From contig MU058059.1 of the NCBI GenBank assembly GCA_013265495.1, positions 124,001 through 188,000 on the forward strand: a stretch of DNA of 64,000 nt, read 5' to 3'. This document shows positions 40,472 through 54,198 of this stretch, piece after piece. A program made the position numbers and the translations under genes. This DNA is from Vicugna vicugna (Eukaryota). The notes beneath the pieces are model-generated. The model was not told where the DNA came from, did not search any database, and was given only the letters and a program-made list of their open reading frames with translations. The stretch's first letter is position 1, and each line of letters starts with the position of its first letter.

Positions 40472-41825
40472 TTTAATTGAAGTATAATTGACATAAAACA
40501 TCCCATTAGTTTCACGTGTAGAACACAGTGACTCAGCATTTGTGTACATTGTGAAATGATCACAATACGTCTGTTACCATCTGCCACCAAGTTACAAAAT
40601 GTTTTTTCTTGGGATGAGAGCAACTTTCTAGTGTGCAATAAAATATTATTGACTGTAGTCGCCATGCTGTACAGTACATTCCTGTGACTTATTTATAACT
40701 GTAAGTTGGTACCTTTCACTTCCCTTCACCCATTTTATCCACTGCCCATCCCCCCTCCCCTCTGGCAACTCTGTATCTGGGCATTTTGTTTTGTTTTTCA
40801 GATTTTTTACCTAAGTGAAATCATGTCATATTTGTTTTTCTCTGACTTACTTTACTTAGCATGATACCCTCAAGGTCTTTCCATGTTGTAACAAAGGCAA
40901 GATTTCATCCTTTTTCACGGCTCAGTAGTACTCCATTGTGTATATATACCACATCTTTATCCATTCAGCCAGCAGTGGACATTTAGGTTGTTTCTATATC
41001 TTGGCTATTGTAAATAATGCTGCAGTAAACATAGGATACATCTTTTTAAATTAGTGTTTTTATTTTCTTTGGAAAATACCCAGAAATAGAATTGTTGGAT
41101 CATAAGACAGTTATGTTTTTAATTTCTTGAGGAATCTCTATACTGTTTTTAATAATGGCTTCACCAATTTACATTCACATCAGCAGTGCACAAGGGTTCC
41201 CTTTTCTCCAGATCCTCCCTAGCACTTAAAATTTTTTGGGTTTTTTTGGTAACAGCCATTCTAACAGGTGTGAGGTGATATGTCATTGTGGTTTTGATTT
41301 GCATTTTCCTGATGATTTGTGATATTGAGCATCTTTTCATGTGCCTGTTGGCCATCTGGGTGTCGTCTTTGGAAAAATGTCTCTTCAGATCTTCCCATTT
41401 TTTAATTTGCTTTTTTTTTGCTATTGAGTAGTATGAGTTTATTATAAATTTTTGCTATTAGCTTCCTAGCAAATACATGATATGCAAACATTTTTTTCTG
41501 ATTCCATAGGCTGTCTGGCACTTTGCTGGTTTCCTTTGCTCCACAGAAGCTTTTACTTTAATGTAGTCCCACTTGTTTATTTTTGCTTTCGTTGCTTTGC
41601 TTCTGGTATTAAATCCAAAAAGTCAAAATCAGTCTTAGACTGATGTCTAAGAGCTTACCCCTTGTGTTTTCTTCTAGGAGTTTTATGGCTTCAGGTCTCA
41701 GGTTCTGTGGTTCAAGTCCTTAGTCCACTTTGACGACCCTGTGTGTGGTACAGGACACTGGTCCAGTGTCATCTGTTTGCGCGCTGCTATCCTGTTTTCC
41801 CCACACCACTTACTGAAGAGACTAC
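40472..41825 (-). mobile_element. L1MA9-like L1 3' portion
   Basis: ORF 41161..41355(-) [34 protein letters not shown] is L1 ORF2p C-terminal sequence; L1 3' UTR at the left end. Confidence 0.92.
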
Positions 41826-43839
41826 ATAGTGTTGTGAGGGTAAATTCTTGTAATGGAGTCACTGAATCAAAGGCATGAATCTATTCTTAGCATTTAATGT
41901 ATGATCAAATTTGCTTTTCAAGAGATCTGTGTTAAATGACAGTACTATCAACAAAATATAAAAGCACTGTTATCATCGTGGCCTAATCTCTGATGAAATA
42001 TTAAAATGTTAATTTAATAGAAAAAACTTGCATCTCATAATTTAGAGTTGCATTTCAAAAAATTACTGGTGACGCTGAATCATTAATATTCCTATATGAC
42101 CCGTTAGTACTTACATTTGCTCTCTTTGTGACTGTCTTGACACACATATATTGAGATTTCTATATAGCTTTTTGTCAGTGGTTTTCGTTTTATTTATTTG
42201 TGAGCCATACTGAAATGTTACAGTGTTAGATAATCGATTGTGTTGATTCTTAAGGTTTCTTTTATTCCAAAGCTTGAAAGTTCTTCCCATTTGAGAACTT
42301 TTAAAGACCATGTCACTCTTTTCCCCCTAGTTTTCTTACGGTTTGATTTTGCACAATCGGCTCCTCTTCCATTTAGCATTTTCTGCAGGCGTACGGGACA
42401 GATTTTGACCCTCAACGAGGCAGAAGAGGGCATATAAACTAGGGCAACAGCAGATCAAAATTTTAGAAGTAGAATTAAATGCAGAGTATGTAGAAAGCAC
42501 AAGAATAATCCACTTGTCTGTGTAAGGTGCTTGCAATGAGTCACGGAGATACAACGAGGGGTAGAAACGGCAAGAAGGGAGGAGCGGAGTGGCCAGAGGA
42601 CACGGCTGGGTGCCCCAGGGCTGCTGTGGCGCCGCGCACGCTGCCTCAGTGGGAGGACCCGGGGGCGGTGGCCCCGCTTTTAACGGGAACGTCCTCTGAT
42701 AAAAGAGACTCTGCCAAGTGAGGGGCAGCAGGGTGTGGAGTCGTGCTCGGCAGGCAGGAAGCACTCGTGGGCTTACTGATAATGTCTGTCCAAAGTGAGG
42801 TGGGGTTTTCATCTTTTCTCATGGCAGTTTTGTTCAGTATGATTTAAATCGTGCAATACGAAGGAGTTTTGCTGATTTGTAGCAGAAATAATTGAGCCTT
42901 GCAGTAGATGTGCAGGTGCAACTGCCGCGTATCTTTCTCACCCTTCTCCAGAAAGAAGACAAAGTCTTAATTTTCATTGCATTGTTCTTTCTCTGGGGTC
43001 CGTATAATATAACCATATGCTCACTACCCACCATTTTCTGAGGTTATTTCTTTTAAAGATGAGATCGTAGTTCATTTTTATATGGATTTCTATTTTAAAG
43101 GATGCTCAAAAAAAAAAAACTAATGCACTGGGGAAAGACATCAGTATGCTGCTGTAAAGTCTCTATCCTATTCTGAAGGGAGGACGCCGTCGGCAGGAAG
43201 GGCGCGGCGGGGCGGGTGTCCAGCAGACAGCCCCTAGCGTGACAGGGAACATGGAGGTGCTCCCACCGCCTGGAACCCCAACTTGAGGCGGAGAGATGAA
43301 AAGGCAGGTGATGTGAAATTCTGAATGGAAAAAAAAAGGCACAGAGAGCCCTATTTGGTAAGAAATATTGGAAAGGAGAGAAGGAGCCTGTGGACAGGCA
43401 GAAGGAAAGCAACACCCTCACTGAGCGGGGAAGCTGGGGAGGCTTCTCTAGTTTGTAGTCTTTTGAAAGGAAAAATTAAGAGAGAAAATTAGAAGATAAA
43501 AATGTACAGAGTATACAGTTTCATGGATGTAAGAAATCAACTCCACCTAGACATCATTTGGGCCTCTTGGCTGACCCGGGTCACACAGGCATGTGCTTTA
43601 GGTCATTTTTGACTCAATCCAGGCACCGTGCTCTCGGGTACAAGCGCTGAAAAGTTGCAATGTTAAACGTGAACTTTGCAGTGTTCCTGTGACACAGGAG
43701 ACGTTTGCGCAAACCTCAGAGGCGACCAGTCCTGGGACCAGCTAACAGGCAGAAAGAGGAGGGTGCAATTCTCCAGTCTTGGCTTCTGTTGGCACTTTAA
43801 TGCTCCTCCTCTTCCCCTTTTGTGCGTTTTCTTACTTTC

Positions 43840-44223
43840 TGTTCTGGGCTGAACTGTGTCCCTTCAAAATTCATATGTGCGAGCTCTGTGTCCGCTGTAT
43901 CTCGGGATGTGACTGCATTTGGACACAGGCTCTTTAAATAAGCTGTTAAGCTTAAAATGAGGTCCTGTGGTTGGGCCCTAATCCAGCATGCCTGGTTTCC
44001 TTCTAAGAGGAGGAGGCTAGGACACAGACACGCACGGGGCCGACCACGTGAGGGCCCGGGGGAGGGGGGGAAGACAGCTGTCCGCAGGCCAAGGAGACGC
44101 CTCAGGAGAAACGGACACCTTGGTATTGATCTCCCAGCCTCCAAAGCTGTGAGCAGATAACCTTCTGTCCTTAAACCACCCAGTTTGGGATCCTCTGTCC
44201 CATCAATCCAGCAAACTATATAC
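43840..44223 (+). mobile_element. MLT1B-like MaLR LTR
   Basis: tgttctgggctgaactgtgtcccttcaaaattcatatg...taaaatgaggtc...gggccctaatcca...cagcctccaaagctgtgagcagataa. Confidence 0.85.
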
Positions 44224-47200
44224 CTCTTAGCGTGGGTGACCTTCAGATGTCCCCCCCAAGTCGGGGCACATTTTTCTCATTTTTCTCTGAGATCTCATTC
44301 CTCAGTCACCCCGAGTGGCACCTGCACTTGATGGTTCAGACAGAAAGCCCTGGGGTTCACTCAGCTCCTGGCTGCAGATGCCCGTGTTTTAGATGCTGGT
44401 GAGACTGGCTTCATGTGTCCATCACTAGTGTGAGCTCAGCCCGCACTCTCAGTGCAGGGCTGTGTCTAAAACTTTGTCACTCTCAGCCGGCCCCCCAGGC
44501 TTCAGCCCCTGCAGCCCTCTTTAATTCTCCTCTCTCAGCCTTGTGGTCCTCCCCTCCCTTGTCTGCTGCTCCTTGTTCTCTTGTTGGCATCCTCTCCGCT
44601 AGCAGCATCCTGCGCATCTCCCCAAGGCCAGCCCGCGGCCCGCTCCTGCTCAGATTCCCGCGTTCAGCCTCGGCGCCGCGCGTGTGGCGCTCAGTCCAGA
44701 AGGCTCCTCCTGCTGCTAGTCTGTTTCAGTCTTGAGCCTTTCTCCTGCCCTGAAGGCGTAGCCTTTGATTCCTGACCACTCCTGCCACCCTCTGTTTCCC
44801 ACGTGTGCCCTCCCCTCGAGTCCATCAAGTTCCTTTACTGATCAGAGCATGGCTGTGCTCAGCAGCAGTGACTGCTCTAGGTCTGCCTTGTTCTTTTTAC
44901 TCAAACCATTTTCCTGCTCAGAAATCCCTCCCATTGACTGACTCTTCCCCATGTTTCAAAGGCAAGTTCAGACCTAATTCCTGGGTGAACCCTGATTCAA
45001 AGACACTAGCTGCACAATCCGCCTCCTTGAGCTTCTGGAATGCAGCCCACTTCCCTTTCCATCTTGATGAGCAAGTATCTCTGAGCCGAGTAGGATGCTC
45101 CAACCCAACCAGCCACCCTTCATCTCCAGCCAGTCTCCCTTCCCTCCATCTCCTCTCAAGGTGATGTCTGCCGTTTTAGCCCACTTTTAAACTGTCTTTG
45201 GAACACACGCTTTTCTCACAGGAGGCCTCAAGTGCACAGGGCCTGGCTCACAGTAAGCTCTCAATAAATATCAACTATTCACACCTATGCAGTAATGTTA
45301 CATTCATGTATGTAATATATTTATATAGATTTATTACATAATGTATAAGTGTATATAACTAATATATAACATACAATTATTAAAAGCAAAGAAGAGGTTA
45401 TGCCAGTTACAGCCCACAGCCCTCATGTTGTCATAAAAAAGATCACTTTCCATTATTAGTCATTTTACAGGAATGTAATATTCCTATTAGACTTTACTCC
45501 TTGAAGGCTGGGACCTGTATCTTACTTTCTTTTTTTTTTGCACAGAACAACGCTTGGCATAAAATAAGGTTTCTGTAGATTCTCTGTTCACTGAAAATAA
45601 ATGTAGTGTTTCTTAAGACACACGTGTTGTCACAGATCAATTGATGGACCCGGAGAAAGAGCCGACCGTTCAGGACGCTTCTCTCATAAACGGGGAAGCA
45701 TCTGCTTTGGGATCTTAGGGAGGCCTTTCTCCCCTTAATATTTTTACAGGCTTGAAAAATAGTTGTGCTCCGTAAATATCCCAGAATGAGTCATCTGCTT
45801 AAACCAAACAGCTGCTTACTCATTAGCCAAATGCTCTCTGCTCTAAGTCCTTCACTTAAACAAATTTCCTCCCCTGCCTCCTTCCTTCCCCCAGAAGCCA
45901 GAAAAGGGGCACACAGATATTTTTTCTTGAATACTAAAGAGGTACAGATCTGCCTCTGACATGGGGGAGTCTGAACCTCAAGTCACAGGAAGCCATCCTG
46001 GACCAGCGGTGACTGTCCCGTCTCGCCCCGTCCGCCCCGACATCCCTTCCCGTTCAGTCCAGCCTCCCAGCTCTCCCGTCTGGGGCGCCCTGCCGGCCTC
46101 TGTTCTTTCTTGCGTCTTGTCACCATCACCTGCCTATTACGTAGGTCATTGTGTGTCCAGAACCACCAGCAAAAGTCATTTATTTCAAAAGTACCAAAAA
46201 ACGACAAGTGTTTTTGTCAATTCTTTTGTAACGATGGATCCACTCCTATAATTAGTAGCTTTCAGCCATCACTTTGGATCGTGCAGTGTCTTTTGAATGA
46301 TGAGTACAAAGCAATCACTGCTGAGCTCTGTCCCAGACAATTACTGTTCTGTTTCTGCAGTGACCTGGGTTTAAGAATTTTAACTTCACACTACTTCCTT
46401 ATTATAGACAGAAAAATAGTTTCAAGAATTGATCTGTGGCTGTCTGGTTCACATTACTGTCTCCCATCTCAGAGAGAGGATTTATACTGTTAACTTTAAA
46501 ATTGGTGAACATGGTCAGCCATTCCTTCTTTTGGAAAACAAGAAATGCCTAAATGTTTTGGAGAAGTCCAGAGGAGAACACAACCTTAAGTTCTAGAAAG
46601 ACCACATGGGAGGAAACACTGCTCTCTAGTCTGCATTAACAGAAGAGCTATTTGCAACAGGGTTCCCATCCGATGTGGGGTTCTTCCAGCCTGCAGAGGG
46701 CGTCTCCCACACCCGGAGCTGACCTTTAGCAGGTGTGCATTCTCTGTGACTGTGCCTCATTGAAGTCATCAGTTGTTAAAATCACTTTTATACTGAAGAC
46801 CGGAGCCCCCCGGCCCCCCCAGCCCTTCCACAGTGACATCCTACTGTCCACAAAATGCCCTACCATTTAGTAACGAACGAGTGAATGCCTGGTCACCAGA
46901 GAAATGAGCGGCACCAGGCTTCAGTTAGGCAGAAAATATTCTGGTGGGTTACTGGTTAAATATTTGGAGTATCGCCCTGCGAAAAGCACTTGTTTTCAGG
47001 TAGATGAGCTGTTCGTTGTTTTTCTGGGAAGCAATCCGAACGTGCTGGCTTGGTGGCTGAGGGCCTTTACCTCCCCGGGACTTACTTTCCTCGTCAGTGA
47101 AATGGGAGGGGGGTGGCTGGGCTTGGTTCGCAGACTGGGGTCCAGGGTTGCCTCAGGGGAGACGGTGATGCTGGGAACCGGGGCCCCACTTCAAGCACAG

Positions 47201-47891
47201 GCTCCCGTTGCCTGGCCAACTGCTCACTGGGGTCCACTCGACCTTTTCTGTTTGCCAAAAGGATATTTGAAAAATAGATTCTGTTGCTTAAAAAAAAAGT
47301 TGAAAACCACTGACTCAACTGAAGGGTATTCTTTCATCCTTTTTAAAATTTCTAAAGTTCCGTTAAAACCCAGAAATGCTTAAAAATGATATAATAATCG
47401 CAAGGACTTACACGGGGCCTGCTCTGCCGGGAACTGTTGCAGATGCTTTACAGATTCAACCCGCTGAGCCAGCAGAACAGCCTGTGCGCTGGTGTCTTAA
47501 TTGTCATTACAACTATTAAAGCTTAAAAAGGGCATGTTCAGATACATGAATTTTCACCTTTTATCATTTCCTTAGATACATTTGAGGTCATAATTTATTC
47601 AAAGGCAGTAATCCTACAATGACTATTTAGTGGAATGTGAATCACAGTATTTGTCCTGCCTTGACAGACTTTCTATATGGAAGACCATGGAAAAATGCAC
47701 TTCTTTGTGATATTTCTCAAGACGAGAAATTGAAGAGAAATTGGATGTGGGGTGGGGCTTCTGTGTCAGAGGACTCCGCCCTGCTGTTGGCTCACCCAAT
47801 CCTGTGGTCCCACAACAGACAGGATAAATCTAGCTAAATTCACAAGCCAGTGTATGCAGAAAAACCCTTCAACTCTGCAATTTCTGTGTGC

Positions 47892-48400
47892 TGTGAATGA
47901 AAAATATTACCTGCTATATCAGTAAACAGAGGATGCTGTGGCCATCAAGTCGTCAGCCACTACTGCCGCCCCTGACTCAGTGGTGAGCGGAGGGAACTCA
48001 GGATGCAGACAGGCAGGTAGTCCGCCTCTGCCGCCACCCCCAGTGGTGCCCCCTGAAGGGACTCAGGATGGGAAAGAACAGGACACTGGTCCTAGACTGC
48101 TAGGTGCACATCAAAGGAATGATTTCAATGAGCCCAAACCTCTGTGCCTTCCCATCCATAGAAAAGTGCTAAATTCCTTAACTTGAGATGCCTGGTTTTC
48201 CTTAATTAGCAGTAATCTTTTAATGTTCCGACTGCCTGGTCTTTATTGCAAAAACTCCTACGTACCCTGGCTCCTCCCTTGCCGCTTCCGAGCAGATCCT
48301 TAGAGCGATCTGCAGGGTCATCATCCCAGGGTTAAGTCCTCAGAGAAATCCGCCAAACAAAACATAACTTTTAGGTTGTGTACTTATTTATCATTCGACA
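47892..48400 (+). mobile_element. Solo ERV1-class LTR (MER41-like), 509 bp
   Basis: TG...CA termini with a perfect 4-bp TSD GTGC (47888-47891 / 48401-48404); the end aaacataacttttaggttgtg...ttcgaca resembles MER41-group LTRs. Confidence 0.85.
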
Positions 48401-49897
48401 GTGCCTAAAAAAATGTTCATTTAAAAGTTCCTACTTTATTGTTTATCTTCTTGGATTTGTTCTATTTTTTTTTAATGATTTAAAGCATTAAAAAAATTTC
48501 TAGTTTGAAACACCCTTGGCCAAACGGCTGTTTTATAAAGCAGGGAAGTCTCATGGCCCTACTCACTCTTTTGAACTGAAATTAAAAGATCAGTATTTTT
48601 AAGGTACAGGTCTGTTAGCTTTTCTCTTCACCCCCCCCATTCACGTAAAAACTCCCTATTTAAATTAAAGCTCTCATTGTGAGTAACTTGTACAGCCTGT
48701 AGAAATTAACTATAAATACTGGTATTGATAAATGCACAAACATTAAAAAAACAATTAAAATTTCTTTGTAATGACTCTCAAAGTTGTGTAGCTAACAGTG
48801 GTTCCTGGCAGACCTGTTAGACCTATTTGCAAGGTGTGAGAAGATGTACCCACCCCGTAACCACACGAGAACCTGGCAATATTAAATCTGCTCCAGCGTA
48901 GGTAATAGAATCCAGTTCTTAATTTTGCTCAGAACTGTCAGGAGAAAATCAAGTCAGGTTTGTGACTGGATTGCATATAGGAAGACCTCACCCCTGGCAG
49001 AAAGGTACGAACTCATTTCATTTGCTTGCATTTCTTCCAAGGATTTATCTTCAGAAGCAAGTAGATGGTAAGACAAAACTTGTCCATGTGAAGCCCACTC
49101 GGCCAGCCCACCTGGTACACTAGCGATGCAAGCGGGAATAGGTTAGGGGCCAGCAGTGCGTGAGAGAGGAGGAGAAGGAGTTTGGAAATAAAATAATACC
49201 AGGCTTCTTTTGGATAAGGCAGAGGACTCTTAGAAAAGAGAAAAATAATAGAATGACTTTTTATTCACTGGTTAAATTTCAAACTGTGCCTTTTGAAAGA
49301 AAGTCCTTGGCTTTAATCAGTTGCTTTCTTACAGAGCTTTGTCCAGACTTCTGTGACAAAATCATCACTCATTTAATGACAGTGTAGTCAGAATGAAACC
49401 ATCACGACTTCCTTTTCTTTCATCCCTTCAGTAAGTCAGGAAGTGGAGATCGGGTGAGGTGAGGGTCGGACACAATCAGAGCAATAGCTGATGAAAGTGA
49501 CAACATGTTTTGCATTTGCATTTTTCTTCTTGCTGGCATTTCCAGTAGGTGATAAGAAGGGGAAAGCTACAAACGAGCCAAACAAGGAGAGATTCCAGTG
49601 GTCCAGGATGGGCATGAGGAGCTGTGCTGGGGTTTTCATGGGAACCCCTTAGAGATACAGGAGAGAATGAAGCCAGTCTCCCTTTTCAATGGCTCACTGA
49701 CCCAGCTCCAAACTCAAGGAGCAGTGAGTCCATCAAATCCAGCACAAGCTCATCCTGTTGAGACGTGGAGAGGAAACACGTCTAGAATTCCCTATCACAG
49801 AAAATGCTGCTTCTTGAATCACACAAAAGACAAGATGCATGAAGTAGGGGATAAAAGGTTGCATCTAAAAGCCTTGACACATGTCAGGGAGCACTTC

Positions 49898-50030
49898 CTT
49901 TTTTTTTTTTTAAATTGAAATTTAGTCAGTTATGTGTCAATTTCTGGTGTCAGCACAATGTCCCAGAGCATGTATGTATGTGTATGTATATGTATGTGTG
50001 TGTGTATGTATGTATATATGTATACTTTTT
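49898..50030 (-). mobile_element. Very short younger L1 3' tail with (TATG/TG)n microsatellite
   Basis: Poly-T, then aattgaaatttagtcagttatgtgtcaatttctggtg...cacaatgtcccag, as in the copy at 21385. Confidence 0.75.
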
Positions 50031-50269
50031 TTTGTGTGTTTCCTTAAAATACCGTTTCTGCTTTGGTGTGGTGAGAATGTGGTGAGTGAAGTAAAAATCT
50101 AAGAAGGGAACTATACAGGCAAGTTTCAATGGTGAGACTTTTTATTGAGTCAGTCCATTCAGTGGTCCTGTTTCTTCTCCATCTGCTGTGGCCAGTCCTC
50201 CCTCTGTTGGCCACCCTTCCCTGCTGAGCTCCGGGTGGTTAGGAGAGCAGAGGCTGGAAGGGCAGGCAG

Positions 50270-50535
50270 GTCTGGGTCAGTAGTGGTCCCTCGAGGATGG
50301 CAGCTCCTCTAACACTTCATTCCTCATGGGCTCTGGAAACATTGTTTCTTCCCCTCTTCTGTCCCTTCATGCCTAGCGTGGGGACCACTTCCCACTGTGT
50401 TTATTTCTGGGTAATTCAACCTCTCTAGCTGTATTCTCTTCACCCTGCCCACTGGTCTGTAAACAGCTGCTGCTTGAAATCCTCATTTCAACCCTTTGAA
50501 GTGGGGTGTCTCTGCAGTGGCATTCTGACTGATAA
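50270..50535 (+). mobile_element. LTR33-like ERVL LTR
   Basis: aacattgtttcttcccc...tcccttcatgcctag...accctgcccac...tctgtaaa...ctgactgata. Confidence 0.65.
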
Positions 50536-51563
50536 AGCAAGACTAAAAATGCCTCAGCAAGACTGAAAATGCCTTAAATCTGATAGAAACCACGGTGACC
50601 TGCAATGCTGAGTTGCAAAAAAGCTAGATGATTGCCACTATGAGGAGGGGAGCAGACCACTCATTGTTCACAAGAACCCAGGACAAAGAGGCTATAGAAA
50701 GTCTAGGCACAATTTCCAAGCCAAAAAGATCTGAAGAAGTGAATCAAGATCAACTGGGATTAAGTCTGTTAACCGTGCACTTTTATAATCACCCGAACCA
50801 CCTGCTGTTAAATGACGTATTCCAGACAGATTTCAAGAATTGTAGAAAACTAAATAATACCAACTCTTTAGAATAGTTTATTGAAATAGAAGTCAAACCC
50901 ATAATTCAAAGTATAGCTTATGTAATACTGAGATTCTAATATTCTAGATGAAAGAGAAAGGAATTGATTTGTTGCTTGAATATTGGAAAATTTGCCTCAT
51001 ATTAAAAGGCACTGGAACTTGGCATCTGCCTGTTCTGCCTCTGACATGTCACCTCCTGATCACAGGCTGCAAGCTGTAGACTGTGTCCAATACTCTGCAA
51101 AAATGTACCATCAAGTAACTGCTCACGGGTTTTATCCCCTTAGAAAAGACAAAAATATAATCTTAGAAAATGTAAAAAGGTTTTCGTAGTTTTGGATTTT
51201 TAAATTTGACCCTATTTCTGTAGGTAGTGAGTGGCATTATGAGCTAATGACCACTTTAAATCTTAGGCAAAAGGCAGGGAAACGATAGGGTTACTTAGTT
51301 ACTAAGCTTTTGTTCACTTGGAATTCAGCGTAATTGAACTGAATTGAGGATGTGGCCAGAAAATTGTCTCCAAGCTCAAGGGCTCAAGCTTTCAGCAAAG
51401 TGTCTCTTCCAAGAGGTTGTGATTAATTTTCATAGGACCCATGTAACTTCAGAAAGGGAAGGGTAAACAAACACATGCTTTTGTTGCTATTTATAACATT
51501 AGCAGTTGGTAGCTGGATCTGAAGCTGTCCTTTCCAATCCTCGTGAGATCGTTGCCCTAACAG

Positions 51564-51581
51564 CACTGCCCCCTCGTGGTC
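51564..51581 (-). promoter_or_regulatory. CTCF core motif (reverse)
   Basis: Reverse complement GACCACGAGGGGGCAGTG; a GC-rich spot in AT-rich unique DNA. Confidence 0.6.
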
Positions 51582-52623
51582 TCTTGCTTTGGTGCAGTGT
51601 GAGTAAAGGGGAAAAAACCCCAAGGTTTTCTATATATATACATACTGTATTTATCAGTGTATTGCTGTATGAGTGTGTAAGGTATCTTTTTGTGAGCTGG
51701 CTAAACATTTTCTCATATTTATCTGTCCTGATAAAAGATTAAAGCAGGCTAAACTTGCATAGTTTTTTTCATAAATGAGTAAAAACAGGAGGAAAAGTTT
51801 AGATACCATAAAATGATTTGTTTTAATAAGCTGATAGACTAAATAATCTCTGATTTAATAAACAGACAAATTACATAATATTTTTGGGTGCCTCTTACAT
51901 TAGGTGTATATAAAAAATGTCAGTGAAATATGAGTAAACTTAATACCTAATTTTTAAAGTTTCTAACATTTTATAATATGTATTCATTTGATCTCTACTT
52001 TGGGGGAAATGGTAAAGTTGGAAGACAATGGCGAGGATTTAAAACCTTCACATGTCTAATTTGGTTTTGTGTTCTGTTTTAATCAAGAAAATCATTTTAC
52101 ATTAAGTTCACTCTCATGAGAGGTAGGACTGTTGTTTGGAGCTTTAAGGACATGGTGAATTTTAAACAAAGGCTCCAATAGGATAGAGATAATAACTATT
52201 TATATATCTGACAAAACAGATTAACAAAGTTTTCAGATTATGTAAAAATTAATTTCAGGAGGGACACATTGTATGTCAGTGTTTTCCATAGTGCAGTTCA
52301 CATACCACTGGTGATAGATCACTTTAGGTAATGCAAAGATACGAGTTTTCAGTTGTTACGTACTGATCTGTATGAGCAGCAGTGAAAATATACCTGAGAA
52401 ATCCAATCTCTGATTTCACTGATGTGAATATTTAGGACAACTCCTACCTGAATTAAAATGCTGAGGCACACATATTTCTACAACTTTGACTCCCACTAAA
52501 ATGGACTAGAAATAGGAACTGTGGGGTTTCTAAAGCCTGGATTTCGCTGTTTCCATTCTTCTGGTGCCAGGGCACTTGTTCCTCTGTCCAGGGTACTTCC
52601 TGTGAGCCGCAGTTCCAGCTAGA

Positions 52624-53203
52624 GCAGGGCTGGCCAAGTAGGAATATAGTATTAACTATAAATTTTACTTTTTATACATTTATTTTAAAGTATTTAAATA
52701 TACTTTAAAAATTGAAGTATAGTTGACTTACAGTGTTGTTAGTTTCTGGTGTACAGCACGGTGACTCAGTTATACATATACATTCTTTTTCATGTTCTTT
52801 TTCATTATAGGTTATTACAAGATTTGAATACAGTTCCCTGTGCTACACAGTAGGACCCTGTTGTTTGTTTTATATGTAATAGTTAGCATTTGCAAATCCC
52901 AAATTCCTAATTTATCCCTCTCCCTTTCCCCTTTGGCAACCACAACTTTTAAATTTTATAACGAGACATTTTAAAAGGACAAGAAATAGTTGAAATTCAT
53001 TTTAGTGAGATAATTAAAAAATCTAACATATACAAATATTATTGTAGCTTATAGTCGACATTAAATATTATTGAGGTAGTTCACTTTTTTTTGCATACTA
53101 AGTTTTGGCCATTTGGTTGTGTTTTACATTTTGGCATATCTTAGTTTGGCCTAGCCACATTTCAAATGCCCAGTAACTGCATGTAGCCAGGATTGAATAG
53201 GGA
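52624..53203. mobile_element. MER33-like element nested in L1MC4 and itself interrupted by L1
   Basis: cagggctggccaagtaggaatata at the left; catactaag...ctagccacatttcaaatgcccagta at the right. Confidence 0.75.
52705..52945 (-). mobile_element. Short younger L1 3' end
   Basis: aattgaagtatagttgacttacagtgttg...ttccctgtgctacacagtagg...gcaaatcccaaattcctaatttatccc. Confidence 0.85.
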
Positions 53204-54198
53204 TCTCAACAGATTAAGGCTCAGTTTTTGTCAAAAATACCCATAGGGGGTGGTGTGTGTCTCCATCCAGAAGCACATGCCTGATGGCTTTTTGGTGATA
53301 CCGGCTGTCATTTGACTACCACTGTCTAAATCGAATAATTCATTAAAGGTTGTCAGATGGTGACACTGAAATTTTGAAATTCCTTCTTCATTTACTAGAT
53401 GAAACATTTCTACAAGAAGCAACATCACATCAACTACTTGGCTACTTGGAGTAGATTGTACAGAGAGAAAGCAAAATAAACATATGATCTCTCTTTATTT
53501 GCTGGTTTGTAATGATCTTGGTTTCCTGAACTCAAGGATGATCAGTAGCGCATGGTTTTCATGGTACCTTCAGGAACTCGGGAACTGTAACATACCCGAT
53601 GCCTTTCAGCTTATTGCAGTTACTATATTCATTATTCAAGTCTTCTCATCTGTGGCTGCTGGGAGCCTCTTTAACTTATTATTGGTGTTCTGATATCGTC
53701 AAAGCTGCCTGTGATATTCGGGGATCATCTTGTGCATTTCCTGCCACAGGTCTGTAATCAGCTATTTCTTCAAGGAGCCCTTGATTCCTTTTAGTGGAAA
53801 ATGGGATGTGGAGACATGATCTTAGTGCACGGGACTGAGCACTTGTTTCTGTCTTTCCAGAGGACGAAGCTAGGAATCGTTTAGTTTAATAATGTGCATT
53901 ATAGGATATTTCTTATTCAAACTCAACAGTAGAGGATTTTTTTCCCCCTACAGCATCCTTTTCTCATGTCAAATATTCAGGTTTTCAATGATACGAGTAT
54001 AATTACTCATTTGCTTTTATTCAGGACACACACACACATGGTTTCGGAATAACTATTAAGACCACCACCAGGAAAATGATGTAAAAATCATTGTAAGCTT
54101 TTCTGAAGTGGTTCTTGTCCTTCCAGTAACAATCCACCGAGGACAACAGTCAAATCACTGTTTTTAAAGACACTTGGAGGACTCCTCCTGGTGGTGTT

